From contig JADFRV010000001.1 of assembly GCA_022561095.1 (NCBI GenBank), positions 11,243 to 63,991 of the forward strand: a DNA stretch of 52,749 nucleotides, given 5' to 3'. The first letter of the stretch is position 1. Each line of letters begins with the position of its first letter. This DNA comes from Chloroflexota bacterium (GTDB lineage Bacteria; Chloroflexota; Dehalococcoidia; SM23-28-2; RBG-16-64-32). A program made the position numbers and the translations under genes. Shown here piece by piece: positions 19,424-29,416 of this stretch. The notes below the pieces were generated by a model. It searched no databases. It was given only the letters and a program-made list of their open reading frames with translations, and was not told the origin of the DNA.

Positions 19424-20050
19424 CTACCGTGAGTAGTATTCGACGACTGTGGCGGAGCTGAACTTAGCCCCGATCTCTTCTATCTCCGGCTGCATCAGCA
19501 CACGACCGATCATCTTCTCCTCTTCAACGCTCAACCAGGAAGGCGGACTCTTGCTGGCCAATTGCTCCTTCACTATCTGGAAGTACTGCGAGTTCTGTCC
19601 CCGCGACGTCCAGCCGATGACATCACCCACTTTGAGAACGTGTGATGGGGTGTGTGCTTTGCGGCCGTTTACGGTGATGTGCCCGTGCAGGACGACCTGA
19701 CGGCCCTGGGCGCGCGAATCGGCGAAGCCCAGGCGGAACAGGAGGTTATCCAGGCGCAGCTCCAGAAGCCGCAGTAAGTTGTCGCCGCTCACGCCGGGGC
19801 GGCGCACCGCCTCCGCGTAGTAGCGACGGAACTGCTTCTCCAGCACGCCGTATATCGCGCGGGCGCGCTGCTTCTCCCGCAACTGAAGACCACGGTCGGA
19901 CACCTTGCGACGGCGCGTGGAGCGCTGACCGGGGGCGAAAGGACGCCTTTCGAACGCGCATTTGGGCGAGTAGCACTTCTCGCCCTTGAGGTACAGCTTA
20001 TCGCCAAGGCGGCGACAGAGGCGGCAGACGGGTCCGGTATAGCGGGCCAT
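19424..20050 (-). CDS. rpsD: 30S ribosomal protein S4 (uS4), four-Cys zinc form
   Basis: 208 aa. Starts MARYTGPVCRLCRRLGDKLYLKGEKCYSPKC. Confidence 0.95.
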   Translation of the reverse strand: MARYTGPVCRLCRRLGDKLYLKGEKCYSPKCAFERRPFAPGQRSTRRRKVSDRGLQLREKQRARAIYGVLEKQFRRYYAEAVRRPGVSGDNLLRLLELRLDNLLFRLGFADSRAQGRQVVLHGHITVNGRKAHTPSHVLKVGDVIGWTSRGQNSQYFQIVKEQLASKSPPSWLSVEEEKMIGRVLMQPEIEEIGAKFSSATVVEYYSR

Positions 20051-20057
20051 ATCCCTC

Positions 20058-20453
20058 CTAAACTCGACGTCGCTTGCGCGCGCGACAGCCGTTGTGTGGT
20101 ATAGGCGTCACGTCGCGGATGCTAGTCACCTGGATGCCGGAGGCCTGCAGGGAGCGGATCGCCGCTTCGCGACCGCTGCCGGGGCCCTTGATTCGCACGT
20201 CCACCTGCCGCAGGCCGTGATCCATGGCGCGGCGCGCGGCGGCCTCCGCGGCCTGGCCGGCGGCATAAGGCGTGCTCTTGCGCGAACCCTTAAAGCCGAC
20301 GGTACCAGCGCTGGCCCAGGAGAGAACGTTGCCGTTGGGGTCGGTCAGGGTGATGGTGGTGTTGTTGAAGCTGGACTGGATGAAGGCCAACCCGGCTGGC
20401 ACGTTCTTCTTCTCCCGCTTGCGCGTGCGTGTCTTAGTTTTGCGTTCCGCCAT
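20058..20453 (-). CDS. rpsK: 30S ribosomal protein S11 (uS11)
   Basis: 131 aa. Contains [36 protein letters not shown]. Confidence 0.95.
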   Translation of the reverse strand: MAERKTKTRTRKREKKNVPAGLAFIQSSFNNTTITLTDPNGNVLSWASAGTVGFKGSRKSTPYAAGQAAEAAARRAMDHGLRQVDVRIKGPGSGREAAIRSLQASGIQVTSIRDVTPIPHNGCRARKRRRV

Positions 20454-20471
20454 ACGGACTCTCCCTACTTC

Positions 20472-20855
20472 CTACTTCTTGACCATGGCTCGGCGCCTGC
20501 CGGCCACGGTGCGGCGCGCGCCCCGCTTGGTACGGGCGTTGGTACGGGTACGCTGACCGCGAAGGGGCAGGCCGCGGCGGTGTCGTATGCCGCGGTAGCT
20601 GTTGATCTCCACCAGCCGCTGGATGTTCTGCCGCACCTGCCTGCGCAGCTCACCCTCGACGATGAAGTTGCGGTCGATATACTCACGGATACGGGAGATC
20701 TCATCGTCGGTCAATTCCCGGACCTTGGTCTCGCCCGACACGGAGGCGTGGGTGCATATCTGGTTGGCCACGCTGATGCCGATTCCGAAGATGTAGCGCA
20801 GTGAAACATCGACACGTTTGTCGCGCGGTATGTCCACTCCCGCTATGCGAGCCAT
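20472..20855 (-). CDS. rpsM: 30S ribosomal protein S13 (uS13)
   Basis: 127 aa. Starts [15 protein letters not shown]. Confidence 0.95.
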   Translation of the reverse strand: MARIAGVDIPRDKRVDVSLRYIFGIGISVANQICTHASVSGETKVRELTDDEISRIREYIDRNFIVEGELRRQVRQNIQRLVEINSYRGIRHRRGLPLRGQRTRTNARTKRGARRTVAGRRRAMVKK

Positions 20856-20863
20856 AAGCCCTC

Positions 20864-20977
20864 CTATCCCTGCCTCTGCTTGTGGCGAGGGTTGCGACAG
20901 ATCACGCGCACCACTCCTCTGCGAACCACAATCTTGCAGTTGTCGCAGCGACGTTTGACCGATGCCGATACTTTCAC
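20864..20977 (-). CDS. rpmJ: 50S ribosomal protein L36 (bL36), Cys3-His zinc form
   Basis: Not in the ORF track because it is under 60 aa. The GTG start at 20977 gives [37 protein letters not shown], with a TAG stop at 20866-20864. It sits in the canonical infA-rpmJ-rpsM position. Confidence 0.92.
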   Translation of the reverse strand: MKVSASVKRRCDNCKIVVRRGVVRVICRNPRHKQRQG

Positions 20978-20986
20978 AATAGAACC

Positions 20987-21205
20987 TTACTTGAAGCGAT
21001 AGGTGACTCTGCCCCTGCTCAGGTCGTAAGGAGACAGCTCTACCAGCACACGATCTCCCGGCAGTATGCGAATGTAGTTCATCCGGATCTTGCCAGACGC
21101 ATGGGCAAGTATAGCATGCCCATTAGGCAATTCTACACGAAACATCGCGTTGGGCAAGTTCTCCTTAACTACCCCTTCAACTTCTATCGACTCTTTTTTT
21201 CCCAT
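20987..21205 (-). CDS. infA: Translation initiation factor IF-1
   Basis: 72 aa. Contains [24 protein letters not shown] and [16 protein letters not shown]. Confidence 0.95.
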   Translation of the reverse strand: MGKKESIEVEGVVKENLPNAMFRVELPNGHAILAHASGKIRMNYIRILPGDRVLVELSPYDLSRGRVTYRFK

Positions 21206-21280
21206 AAGCGCCTCAGACCCCGCATTTTCAGGCCCTGCGGTGGCTCACCTCCCCTATCGTCTGCCTCCAAAACTCATACT

Positions 21281-22030
21281 TTACGGCAAAGTCAGAACTT
21301 CTGCCTCACCATCGCGGATCGCGATTGTGTGCTCAAAGTGGGCAGACAGACTCCCATCCAGCGTCTGCACCGTCCAGTTGTCGGAGTCACGCTTGGTGTG
21401 CCAGTCACCGACGTTAACCATCGGTTCAATGGCGATAACCATGCCCTCCTTCAGGACAGGGCCGGAGTCCGGGTTGCCGTAGTTCGGCACCTGGGGATCC
21501 TCGTGCATCTGACGTCCGACGCCGTGGCCGACGTACTCGCGCACCACGGAGAATCCCTCGCCCTCAGCGTAGGCCTGGATGGCGGCGCCTATATACCCCA
21601 GCCTGACCCCAGCGCGGGCCGCCTCTATCCCTCGGTTCAGCGACTCTCGCGTCACTTCGATGAGTCGCCGCCCTTCCGGCGAGACGTTGCCGACCGCTAC
21701 CGTTACAGCCGAATCGGCCACAAACCCCTTGTGGACGCACCCCAGATCGATGCTCACAATGTCGCCGTCCACCATCTCGCGGTCTCCGGGGATGCCGTGC
21801 ACGATCTCTTCGTTTATGGACACGCATACGGTAGCCGGATAGCCCTGATAGCCCAGGAAAGCGGGGATAACGCTGCGCTTCTTGAACTCCTTCCGAACGA
21901 TCTCGTCCAGCTCCTTCTCCACCAGGCCGGGACGCAGACAGTCCACCAGCATCTGGAGCACCTCCGCATTTATGCGGCCGGCCTCGCGCATGATAGCGAT
22001 CTCATCTCGGGACTTGAGGACGATGGGCAT
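21281..22030 (-). CDS. map: Type I methionine aminopeptidase
   Basis: 249 aa. Contains VCVSINEEIVHGIPGDREMVDGDIVSIDLG, GHGVGRQMHE, IAIEPMV and EHT. Confidence 0.95.
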   Translation of the reverse strand: MPIVLKSRDEIAIMREAGRINAEVLQMLVDCLRPGLVEKELDEIVRKEFKKRSVIPAFLGYQGYPATVCVSINEEIVHGIPGDREMVDGDIVSIDLGCVHKGFVADSAVTVAVGNVSPEGRRLIEVTRESLNRGIEAARAGVRLGYIGAAIQAYAEGEGFSVVREYVGHGVGRQMHEDPQVPNYGNPDSGPVLKEGMVIAIEPMVNVGDWHTKRDSDNWTVQTLDGSLSAHFEHTIAIRDGEAEVLTLP

Positions 22031-22036
22031 GAGGGT

Positions 22037-22696
22037 CTAGCTCACCTTCTGAGGACGGCTCATCGCCGCCAGGAGCTTTTCCTTCACCTGCTTCACTTCC
22101 ATGTCGCCGTTCACCTCGGCCAGCTTTCCGTCCGCTCCGTAGTACTCCAGAAGAGGCTTAGTCTCCTTAAGGTTGACCTCCAGGCGGGTGCGAACGACAT
22201 CCGGCCTGTCGTCCTCGCGCTGATGCAGCTCGCTGCAACAGCTATCGCAGACGCCGCTCTTCTTGGGTGGCATGCTCAGCTCGTGGTATACGGCCCCGCA
22301 CTGAGGGCAGTTCCAGCGACCGGCAAGCCGCCGCACAAGCTCATCCGTCGACACTTTTATGTAAATAGCCTTGTCGATGCTCTTCCCTTCCCCGGCCAGC
22401 GCCTCGTCCAGCGCCATCGCCTGATCAACATTGCGGGGAAATCCGTCCAGCACGAAACCCTGCTGGGCATCCGGTTGAGCGATGCGGTCCAGGACCATGC
22501 TGACCGTCAACTCGTCCGGCACAAGCAGACCTCGGTCCAAAAAGGGCTGAACCTTGCGCCCCAGCTCCGTCTGTCTGCGGATGTTCTCGCGGAAGAGTCC
22601 GCCGCTGGTTATGTGGGCCATACCCATATCCTGGGATAGGAGAGCGGCCTGAGTGCCTTTGCCCGCTCCAGGCAGGCCCAACAAGATGAGATACAA
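22037..22696 (-). CDS. adk: Adenylate kinase (zinc-lid type)
   Basis: 219 aa. P-loop LLGLPGAGKGTQA and lid Cys4 CPQCGAVYH...CDSCCSEL. Confidence 0.95.
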   Translation of the reverse strand: MYLILLGLPGAGKGTQAALLSQDMGMAHITSGGLFRENIRRQTELGRKVQPFLDRGLLVPDELTVSMVLDRIAQPDAQQGFVLDGFPRNVDQAMALDEALAGEGKSIDKAIYIKVSTDELVRRLAGRWNCPQCGAVYHELSMPPKKSGVCDSCCSELHQREDDRPDVVRTRLEVNLKETKPLLEYYGADGKLAEVNGDMEVKQVKEKLLAAMSRPQKVS

Positions 22697-22711
22697 GCCT
22701 TTCGTCCGCCC

Positions 22712-24085
22712 CTACTTGATGAAACCTTCATACTGGCGCTGGAGAAGCTGGGCCTCAATCTGGCGCAAGGTGTCGAGGACGACACCCACGACGATGATCA
22801 GACCGGCTGAGGTGATGCCAAAAGCGGGTGAGCGTCCGGTGAGGGCAAAGTTGCCGCCGACGATAGTCCCGAAGATGAACGGCGCCACCGCAACAAAGCC
22901 CAGGAAGAAGGCGCCGCCCCACGTGATGCGGAACAGCACGCGGTTAATGTACTGCTCTGTAGGCCGGCCCGGTCGTATGCCGGGAACGAAACCTCCCTGG
23001 CGCTGGAGGTTCTCCGCCAGATTCTGTTGCTGGAAGATAACCATGGTGTAGAAGAAGGTGAACACCACAACGGTGACGAACAGGAACGCCCAGTAGCCAA
23101 AGTTGCCGGGGTCAAACACCCCCTGTATCCACTCGGCGCCGCTGGCGACGAAATCATTGCTGGAGGTGGCGAAGATACTCCCAACGTACGCCGGGAAGAT
23201 GATGATGGAGAAGGCGAAGATAAGTGGGATCATGCCCACGGTGTTCACCCGCAGGGGGATATGCGTCTGACCAGACTGGCGATACATACGGCCGCTACGG
23301 AAAACGCTGCGCGAATACTGGACAGGGATCTGCCGCTTCCCCTCCTGGACGATCACGATCAGGTACACCATGCCGATCATCAGCCCCCCCAGCATGATGG
23401 TGCTTGTGACCGTGTCCCCAGTGCCGGTGTAGAGCGTGCCAGCCACGAACTGAGGCAGTCCGGCGATGATACCGGCGAAGATCATAATGGAGATGCCGTT
23501 GCCGATACCCTTCTCGCTGATCAGCTCCGCCAGCCAGACGATGAACATGGTGCCGGCGGCCATGGTGATGATCATGGAGAGGGTAGGCAAGGCCTGCTCG
23601 CCGCTGAAGCCAATGCCCGCGGTGCCGGCGAACCCTCCCTGGCTCTGAATCAGGACCAACTGACCGTACCCTTGAACCAGAGCCATGGGCACGGTCATCC
23701 AGTGTGTGTATATCTGTATCTGGCGCCGCCCCTGCTCACCCTCCTTCGACAGCGCCTGCAGGGTGGGCACCAGCGGCACCATAAGCTGCATGACGATGGA
23801 CGAGGTGATGTAGGGGTAGACGCCCATAGCGGCCACGCTCATGTTCTGAAGGGCGCCGCCGCTGAAGATGTTCAGAAACCCGAGGACGGTGCTGCTCTCG
23901 AAGATGGCGGCCAACTGCGCGGGGTTGGTCCCCGGCACAGGCAGGTTCGCCACGAAGCGGAATATGACGAGCATGGCAAGGGTGAACAGAATCTTCTCGC
24001 GGATGTCCGGCTGGAACATCGCGTTGTATACCGCCGTGAGCAGCTGGGGACGCTGCCGCGGCTGAGCTCTAGCCGCCGTCGCCAT
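22712..24085 (-). CDS. secY: Preprotein translocase subunit SecY
   Basis: ATG at 24085 has GGAG 7 nt upstream. The ORF-track start at 24121 overlaps rplO by 53 nt. Contains [25 protein letters not shown] and [22 protein letters not shown]. Confidence 0.93.
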   Translation of the reverse strand: MATAARAQPRQRPQLLTAVYNAMFQPDIREKILFTLAMLVIFRFVANLPVPGTNPAQLAAIFESSTVLGFLNIFSGGALQNMSVAAMGVYPYITSSIVMQLMVPLVPTLQALSKEGEQGRRQIQIYTHWMTVPMALVQGYGQLVLIQSQGGFAGTAGIGFSGEQALPTLSMIITMAAGTMFIVWLAELISEKGIGNGISIMIFAGIIAGLPQFVAGTLYTGTGDTVTSTIMLGGLMIGMVYLIVIVQEGKRQIPVQYSRSVFRSGRMYRQSGQTHIPLRVNTVGMIPLIFAFSIIIFPAYVGSIFATSSNDFVASGAEWIQGVFDPGNFGYWAFLFVTVVVFTFFYTMVIFQQQNLAENLQRQGGFVPGIRPGRPTEQYINRVLFRITWGGAFFLGFVAVAPFIFGTIVGGNFALTGRSPAFGITSAGLIIVVGVVLDTLRQIEAQLLQRQYEGFIK

Positions 24086-24530
24086 CGCCAATCTCCTGGG
24101 CGGTGCCGCCTGCCGCCTCAATCTTCGCCTTCGCGGTCATAGAGAACTTGTGCGCCTTCACCGTGAGGGGTTTGGTCAGCTCGCCCGTCGCCAGCACCTT
24201 CACCGGCCGCCGCAGCGTCCTGAGGACGCGCGACTCTTTGAGCAGCTCCGGCGTCACCTCAGTCCCAGACTCGAACCGCTCCAGGTCGCGCAGGTTCACC
24301 GCGGAGTACTCCTTGCGGAAGATGTTAGTGAAGCCGCGGCGCCGGGGCAGCCGCTTGATCAGCTTCGTCTGACCGCCTTCGAACCCAAGCTTGGGCTTGC
24401 CCCCAGACCTGGACTTTTGCCCCTTGACACCGCGTCCGGAATAGGTGCCGCGGCCGCTTGCGTTACCGCGACCTACCCGTTTTCGGGCGTGTTTAGATCC
24501 CTTGGGCGGTCTAAGTTCGTGGGCAAGCAT
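24069..24530 (-). CDS. rplO: 50S ribosomal protein L15 (uL15)
   Basis: 153 aa. Contains [27 protein letters not shown]. Confidence 0.95.
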   Translation of the reverse strand: MLAHELRPPKGSKHARKRVGRGNASGRGTYSGRGVKGQKSRSGGKPKLGFEGGQTKLIKRLPRRRGFTNIFRKEYSAVNLRDLERFESGTEVTPELLKESRVLRTLRRPVKVLATGELTKPLTVKAHKFSMTAKAKIEAAGGTAQEIGDGDGG

Positions 24531-24718
24531 CAGTCTTGGGAAACCTTGGCAACCTTAACCAGGTGCCGTACTTTTACAATCATACCACGTATAGCTGGCG
24601 TGTCAGTATGCTCTACAGTATGGCCCAGCCGGCGCAGGCCCAGCGCCTGGATGGTGCGCTTCTGGTCGCCTTTATAGCCGATGGCGCTCTTGTACCAGCT
24701 AATACGAAGCTTAGCCAC
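24530..24718 (-). CDS. rpmD: 50S ribosomal protein L30 (uL30)
   Basis: 62 aa. Contains [29 protein letters not shown]. Confidence 0.93.
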   Translation of the reverse strand: MAKLRISWYKSAIGYKGDQKRTIQALGLRRLGHTVEHTDTPAIRGMIVKVRHLVKVAKVSQD

Positions 24719-25253
24719 CGCTGGATGCCTCCGCAGACACGGCCCGACGCCTCGCCAGCGCCTCCTCAGGAGAGCGCAGCTGGGATAGGCCCAGTATCGT
24801 GGCCTTGACGACGTTGGCCGGGTTCTTGGAACCGAGTGATTTGGTCACGACATCTTTTACTCCCGCCCCTTCCAGCACGGCGCGAACGCCGCCCCCGGCG
24901 ATGAGTCCGGTGCCCGCAGCCGCCGGCTTGATTAGCACCCGAGAGGCGCCAAACCGAGCCAGGATGGGGTGCGGTATGGTGGAATCCACCATGGGAATGG
25001 TGATCATATGCTTGCGGGCGATAGTCGATGCCTTGCGGATCGCCTCCGGCACCTCTCGCGCCTTACCCAGAGCGGCGCCCACGTGGCCCTCCCCATCGCC
25101 CACCACCACAACGGCGGTGAAATGGAAGCGGCGGCCGCCCTTCATCACTTTGGCCACCCGGTTGATGTAGACCACCTTCTCCGTGATCTCCATCTGGGAG
25201 TCGTCTATCTTTTCCCGTTTGGCGATGTACTTATCTGGATTAGACATGACCAC
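24711..25253 (-). CDS. rpsE: 30S ribosomal protein S5 (uS5)
   Basis: 180 aa. Contains [33 protein letters not shown]. Confidence 0.95.
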   Translation of the reverse strand: MVMSNPDKYIAKREKIDDSQMEITEKVVYINRVAKVMKGGRRFHFTAVVVVGDGEGHVGAALGKAREVPEAIRKASTIARKHMITIPMVDSTIPHPILARFGASRVLIKPAAAGTGLIAGGGVRAVLEGAGVKDVVTKSLGSKNPANVVKATILGLSQLRSPEEALARRRAVSAEASSGG

Positions 25254-25257
25254 CTCG

Positions 25258-25626
25258 TCAGAAGGAGAGGCCTCCCTTTCGGGCCGCCTCCGCCAGGGCT
25301 TTTACACGACCGTGATACTTGTAGCCGCCGCGATCAAAGACGACGGTCTTGATGCCCTTTTCGACGGCCTTACGAGCGATAGCGTCGCCCACCTTCTCAG
25401 CGATCTGGCTCTTCTTCTTGCCGTCGCGCTGGCTGCGCACGTCGGCCTCCAGATCGGAGGCCGCCACCAGGGTGTGGCCGCTGCTGTCGTCAATGACCTG
25501 GACGTAAATATGCGTTAGACTCCGGAAAACAGCCAGCCGCGGCCGGTCGGGCGTGCCGCTGAGGCTCCGGCGCACCCGGCGGTGGCGCCTTATTCGCGCT
25601 GCGTGTGGAGTCTTGGTCTTCTTCAT
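25258..25626 (-). CDS. rplR: 50S ribosomal protein L18 (uL18)
   Basis: 122 aa. Contains [19 protein letters not shown] and [20 protein letters not shown]. Confidence 0.95.
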   Translation of the reverse strand: MKKTKTPHAARIRRHRRVRRSLSGTPDRPRLAVFRSLTHIYVQVIDDSSGHTLVAASDLEADVRSQRDGKKKSQIAEKVGDAIARKAVEKGIKTVVFDRGGYKYHGRVKALAEAARKGGLSF

Positions 25627-25628
25627 GC

Positions 25629-26174
25629 CTACTGAATCGCCCTGCCGGCCTTGCCGGCCTTACGACGGACGTACTCACCCAGGTAGCGGATGCCTTTGCC
25701 CTTGTAGGGCTCCGGCGGCCTCACCTTGCGAACGTCGGCAGCCGCCTGGCCCACATCTTCCTTGCTGATCCCTCTTACAGTTATCCGTGTGGTGCCCTCC
25801 ACCTCAAACGCTATGCCCGGCGGCGGGGAAACCTCCACCGCATGGGAGTATCCTACGGCCAGCACCAGACTGGGCCCCTGCATCTGGGCACGGTACCCCA
25901 CCCCTTGAAGCTCCAACGTCTTGGCGAACCCCTCGCTGACGCCGGTGACCATGTTGGCGATCAAGGTACGGGTGAGCCCATGCGCCGAGCGATGGCGAGG
26001 GTTATCGCTGGGCCGCTCCACCGTTAGCACGCCGTCACCCAGATTGAGCTTCATCTCAGGGATCAGATCGCGGTTGAGCTCACCCTTGGGACCCTTAACG
26101 GTGATGTGAGCCCCCTTGACTTGCACCTCAACACCACTGGGGATGGTTATCGGCACCTTTCCTACGCGGGACAC
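25629..26174 (-). CDS. rplF: 50S ribosomal protein L6 (uL6)
   Basis: The second GTG (26174) gives [17 protein letters not shown], with GGAGG 7 nt upstream. The ORF-track start at 26180 has no spacer after the SD. Confidence 0.94.
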   Translation of the reverse strand: MSRVGKVPITIPSGVEVQVKGAHITVKGPKGELNRDLIPEMKLNLGDGVLTVERPSDNPRHRSAHGLTRTLIANMVTGVSEGFAKTLELQGVGYRAQMQGPSLVLAVGYSHAVEVSPPPGIAFEVEGTTRITVRGISKEDVGQAAADVRKVRPPEPYKGKGIRYLGEYVRRKAGKAGRAIQ

Positions 26175-26285
26175 GGACACCCCTCCCCACCGCTCTCAAG
26201 AACAGCGGACATGGCGCTGGGAGCAGTGGCCCTTGGGCCCTCAGATTGGCTCCTGACCATACCGTATTCCATCTCCTCGTCCTTA

Positions 26286-26681
26286 TTACCACACATGGCA
26301 GATGACTTCCCCGCCGAGGCCACGCTTCCGTGCTTCGCCGCCCGTCAGCAAGCCCTGCGAGGTGGAGATGATCGCAATTCCGAGCCCTCCGTAAACCCGA
26401 GGTGTATCGCGCTTCTGGACGAAGACCCGCAACCCCGGCTTGCTGATCCGTTGGATGCCGGTGATCGTCGGCTCTCTCTTATCGGTATAAGCGAGGTGCA
26501 CGCGCATCGTCCGCCTCACCTCGTCCTGCCGCATCTCGTAGTCGCGGACGAAGCCCTCCTTCTTGAGAGTCTCGGCGAGCGAGATCTTGATCTTGGATGC
26601 GGGCATATCGGTGAAATCGTGCCGCGCCATAAGGGCGTTGCGGATGCGGGTGAGCATGTCGGCGATCGGGTCAGTATTCAT
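26286..26681 (-). CDS. rpsH: 30S ribosomal protein S8 (uS8)
   Basis: 131 aa. Starts MNTDPIADMLTRIRNA. Confidence 0.95.
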   Translation of the reverse strand: MNTDPIADMLTRIRNALMARHDFTDMPASKIKISLAETLKKEGFVRDYEMRQDEVRRTMRVHLAYTDKREPTITGIQRISKPGLRVFVQKRDTPRVYGGLGIAIISTSQGLLTGGEARKRGLGGEVICHVW

Positions 26682-26687
26682 CGTCGT

Positions 26688-26876
26688 CTACCAGCTAGAC
26701 TTCTTGACCCCAGGCAGGTGTCCCAGCAGGGCAAACTCACGGAAGCAGATGCGGCAGAGCCCGAACGTACGCAGGTAGGCACGGGGGCGTCCGCAGCGCC
26801 CACAGCGGTTGCGGTGACGCACCTTAAACTTCGGCTTCTTGTTGAACGTCTTTTCGTATAGCGCTCTACGGGCCAC
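26688..26876 (-). CDS. rpsN: 30S ribosomal protein S14, short zinc-binding (type Z) form
   Basis: 62-codon ORF. Contains [23 protein letters not shown]. Confidence 0.94.
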   Translation of the reverse strand: MARRALYEKTFNKKPKFKVRHRNRCGRCGRPRAYLRTFGLCRICFREFALLGHLPGVKKSSW

Positions 26877-26886
26877 AGGCTCTCCT

Positions 26887-27429
26887 CTAACGTGCGAAGG
26901 GCATCCCCAGCAGCTCCAACAGCCGCCTGCCCTCCTCGTCGGTCTTGGCCGAAGTGACGATATTTATCTGAAGGCCCCTGATACGGTTGACCTTATCGTA
27001 TTCAATCTCGGGGAACATGAGCTGCTCGCGGATGCCGAGGCTGAAGTTGCCGCGGCCATCGAAAGAGCTGGGCGAGACGCCCTGGAAGTCGCGGAGGCGG
27101 GGAAGAGCGGCGTTCAACAGCCGGTCCAGGAACTCCCACATTCGGTTACCCCGCGCCGTGGCCATCACGCCGATAGGCATCCCCTCACGCAGCTTGAAGT
27201 TGGCGATCGACCGCTTGGCGCGGGTGATAACCGGCTTCTGCCCGATGATGACCGAGATGTCGTTGGTGGCGGAGTCCAGCGCCTTCGCGTCCGTCACCGC
27301 CTCTCCCAGGCCAATGTTGATGGTCGCCTTCAGAGGCTGCGGCACCTGCATCACGTTGGCATAGCCGAACTCCTTCATCAGGGCCGGCATCGCCTCCTCC
27401 CGATATCTCTCTTTCAGTCTTGGTGCCAC
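26887..27429 (-). CDS. rplE: 50S ribosomal protein L5 (uL5)
   Basis: 180 aa. Contains [20 protein letters not shown] and [16 protein letters not shown]. Confidence 0.95.
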   Translation of the reverse strand: MAPRLKERYREEAMPALMKEFGYANVMQVPQPLKATINIGLGEAVTDAKALDSATNDISVIIGQKPVITRAKRSIANFKLREGMPIGVMATARGNRMWEFLDRLLNAALPRLRDFQGVSPSSFDGRGNFSLGIREQLMFPEIEYDKVNRIRGLQINIVTSAKTDEEGRRLLELLGMPFAR

Positions 27430-27443
27430 TTGCTACATACCCT

Positions 27444-27758
27444 CTAATCGAAATTGGCGTCGCACTTCTTACAGTAACGTACCTTACGGCCGTCCGCCAG
27501 GACACGGAATCCCACCCGCACCGGCTTATTGCAGGACGGACACAGCGGGCGGACGTTGGCCAGGGCGATGGGCGCTTCGCGCTCAATGATGCCCCCTGGC
27601 TGCTGAGGTCCACGCGGCCGCATGTGTCGCTTCACCACGTTGACGCCGTTGACGATAACGCGGTTCTTCCCGGGTATGACTGTCCGCACGGTGCCGCTCA
27701 TCCCCCGGTCCTTGCCCTTGGTAACTAGGACGGTGTCCTCCCTCCGCACCCGTTGCAT
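27444..27758 (-). CDS. rplX: 50S ribosomal protein L24 (uL24) with C-terminal CxxC...CxxC
   Basis: 104 aa. KOW motif [12 protein letters not shown]. Cys73/76/96/99 appear as CPSC...CKKC. Confidence 0.94.
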   Translation of the reverse strand: MQRVRREDTVLVTKGKDRGMSGTVRTVIPGKNRVIVNGVNVVKRHMRPRGPQQPGGIIEREAPIALANVRPLCPSCNKPVRVGFRVLADGRKVRYCKKCDANFD

Positions 27759-27760
27759 GC

Positions 27761-28129
27761 CTACAACACCTCCGGGGCGAGGGAGACGATCTTCATGAAG
27801 TTACGCTCCCGCAGCTCGCGCGCTACCGGCCCGAAGATGCGTGTCCCCTGCGGGTTTTGAGCATCGGACAGGATGACCGCCGCGTTATCGTCGAAGCGGA
27901 TGTAGGAACCGTCATTCCGCCGATAGGGCTGGGCGACGCGGACGACGACCGCCCGCACGAGATCGCCCTTTTTGACACTGCCGCCCGGAGCGGCGTGCTT
28001 CACAGAGGCGACGATTACGTCCCCTACGCTGCCGTAACGGCGCCTAGAGCCCCCCACTACTTTGATGCACATCACCTGCCGAGCGCCGGAGTTATCGGCA
28101 ACGCGGAGTCGGGATTGGTTCTGGATCAC
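27761..28129 (-). CDS. rplN: 50S ribosomal protein L14 (uL14)
   Basis: 122 aa. Starts [17 protein letters not shown]. Confidence 0.95.
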   Translation of the reverse strand: MIQNQSRLRVADNSGARQVMCIKVVGGSRRRYGSVGDVIVASVKHAAPGGSVKKGDLVRAVVVRVAQPYRRNDGSYIRFDDNAAVILSDAQNPQGTRIFGPVARELRERNFMKIVSLAPEVL

Positions 28130-28758
28130 GACTCCTCCTCCTCCTCACCTTCTGCTTCCGGCTCCTCTGCTACTTCCGGGGGTTGCTCCTCAGCTTCCGC
28201 CTCTGGTGGCCCCGTCTCCGGCTCCTCTGCTACTTCCGGGGGCTCCTCCTTCGGTGTCTCCTCAGCTTCCGCCTCCGGGGGCCCCGTCTCCGGCTCCTCG
28301 GCTACTTCCGGGGGCTCCTCCTTCGGTGTCTCCTCAGCTTCCGCCTCCTCTACGGCCTCCGGGGCCTCCGTCTCAGGCTCCTCGGCAGCTTCCGCTGGCT
28401 CCTCAGGCTCAGCCTTGGCCTCCGTCTCAGGCTCCTCCTCTTCCTCTTCCACCTTCACCTCGCCCAGCAGCTCCAGGTCTATCTCCTCGGCAGCTAACTC
28501 GGGCCGGTCAGCGCGAACCAGCACCTCGGCGAGTTGCCAGCGCTTACGCCGTGAGTGGGGCCGTGACTCCACGATGCGCACGCGATCGCCAAGCTTGGCA
28601 TCGTTCGTCTCGTCATGGACCATGTAGCGACGGAGCCGCCTCATGATCTTCTTATAGAGGCGATGCCGCGTACTGCTCGACACAGCCACCACCACGCTCT
28701 TGTCCATCTTGTCGGACACTACCGTCCCCTCACGGGCTCTGCGGGCTACCTGGGCCAT
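28126..28758 (-). CDS. rpsQ: 30S ribosomal protein S17 (uS17) with ~125-aa acidic repeat C-terminal extension
   Basis: 210 aa. The core (residues 1-85) contains [16 protein letters not shown]...[31 protein letters not shown]. The tail is E/P/A-rich with two exact copies of [24 protein letters not shown]. Confidence 0.92.
   Translation of the reverse strand: MAQVARRAREGTVVSDKMDKSVVVAVSSSTRHRLYKKIMRRLRRYMVHDETNDAKLGDRVRIVESRPHSRRKRWQLAEVLVRADRPELAAEEIDLELLGEVKVEEEEEEPETEAKAEPEEPAEAAEEPETEAPEAVEEAEAEETPKEEPPEVAEEPETGPPEAEAEETPKEEPPEVAEEPETGPPEAEAEEQPPEVAEEPEAEGEEEEES
28160..28345. repeat. 72-nt in-frame tandem repeat inside the rpsQ tail
   Basis: The unit starting CTCAGCTTCCGCC recurs at 28189, 28261 and 28333, an exact 72-nt period. 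Copies 1 and 2 differ at only a few bases. There is a partial copy upstream (28160-28188) and degenerate copies downstream. Confidence 0.9.
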
Positions 28759-28760
28759 GC

Positions 28761-28988
28761 TTACTGTGCCTCCCCGACGGCGGCGAGCTGCCTCTGCCGC
28801 TGGATCGTCTTCAACCGCGCGATAAGGCGCTTCGCCGCCGGTAGCTCGCGGTGGTTGGTGATCTGACGGGTCTCGCTCTGAAGACGTAGAGAGAACAGGC
28901 GGCGGTGTGCCTCCTCCAACTCCTTCTCTATGTCCTCATCCGAGAGCTTGCGTATCTCTTCCGTCTTCGTCTTCAGCTTCTTCGCCAT
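28761..28988 (-). CDS. rpmC: 50S ribosomal protein L29 (uL29)
   Basis: 75 aa. Contains IRKLSDEDIEKELEEAHRRLFSLRLQ. Confidence 0.93.
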   Translation of the reverse strand: MAKKLKTKTEEIRKLSDEDIEKELEEAHRRLFSLRLQSETRQITNHRELPAAKRLIARLKTIQRQRQLAAVGEAQ

Positions 28989-28999
28989 GTTAGTTCCCT

Positions 29000-29416
29000 C
29001 TACGCCACCGCTTCTCGCGAAACGAACCGGGTCCGTATAGGCAGCTTCTGGGAGGCCAGGCGCATCGCCTCACGGGCTGTGTCTTCGCGCACGCCGGCGA
29101 TCTCATAGATGACGCGGCCGGGTTTCACGACCGCAACCCAGAACTCGACGGGGCCCTTCCCCGATCCCTGCCGGACCTCCAGCGGCTTCTTGGTCACGGG
29201 CTTATCGGGGAAGACGCGTATCCAGAGCTTGCCACCGCGGCGGACGTAGCGGGTGATGGCCCGCCGTCCCGCCTCTATCTGGCGGGCGGACATCCAGCAG
29301 GTGCCCAGGGCCTGCAGGCCGAAGTCGCCGAAGGCAACGGCGTTGCCGGAGCCAGCGCGGCCAGCGCGGCGGCCCCTATGGACCTTGCGGTATTTGGTCC
29401 GTTTAGGTTGTAGCAT
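29000..29416 (-). CDS. rplP: 50S ribosomal protein L16 (uL16)
   Basis: ATG at 29416 gives [16 protein letters not shown], the canonical L16 N-terminus (138 aa). It overlaps the rpsC stop by 14 nt. The 74 extra Arg-rich codons in the ORF track are an out-of-frame read of the S3 tail. Confidence 0.94.
   Translation of the reverse strand: MLQPKRTKYRKVHRGRRAGRAGSGNAVAFGDFGLQALGTCWMSARQIEAGRRAITRYVRRGGKLWIRVFPDKPVTKKPLEVRQGSGKGPVEFWVAVVKPGRVIYEIAGVREDTAREAMRLASQKLPIRTRFVSREAVA

Noticed and set aside
20882-22639. 585-aa plus-strand ORF, the longest in the track for this region. Similar long ORFs lie at 13595-15061(-), 10373-11503(-), 23027-24142(+), 43038-44267(+), 39473-40549(+) and 6287-7300(-).
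   Set aside because: Each lies antisense to a gene with unmistakable conserved motifs (map/adk/infA, PMM, ahcY, secY, thrC, GT4, mtnA). Their translations are Arg/Gly/His/Leu/Val/Ala/Pro-rich with no motifs. This is the usual stop-codon-poor antisense frame of high-GC DNA.
26162-26272. 36-aa minus-strand ORF ([36 protein letters not shown]) in the unusually long 105-nt S8-L6 spacer, preceded by AAGGA.
   Set aside because: Third-position GC is noticeably lower than in neighbouring genes. It overlaps the rplF start, and there is no recognisable family. The long spacer itself remains unexplained, so this would be worth a ribosome-profiling look.
28160-28345. Regularly spaced direct repeats that could superficially suggest a CRISPR array.
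   Set aside because: The units are contiguous with no unique spacers. They are in frame within rpsQ, not palindromic, and there are no cas genes.
27857-28646. Two plus-strand Ser/Pro/Gly/Ala-rich ORFs (256 and 194 aa) over the S17 tail.
   Set aside because: These are antisense readings of the 72-nt acidic repeat. They are low-complexity only, and the sense strand is anchored by a genuine uS17 core and operon context.
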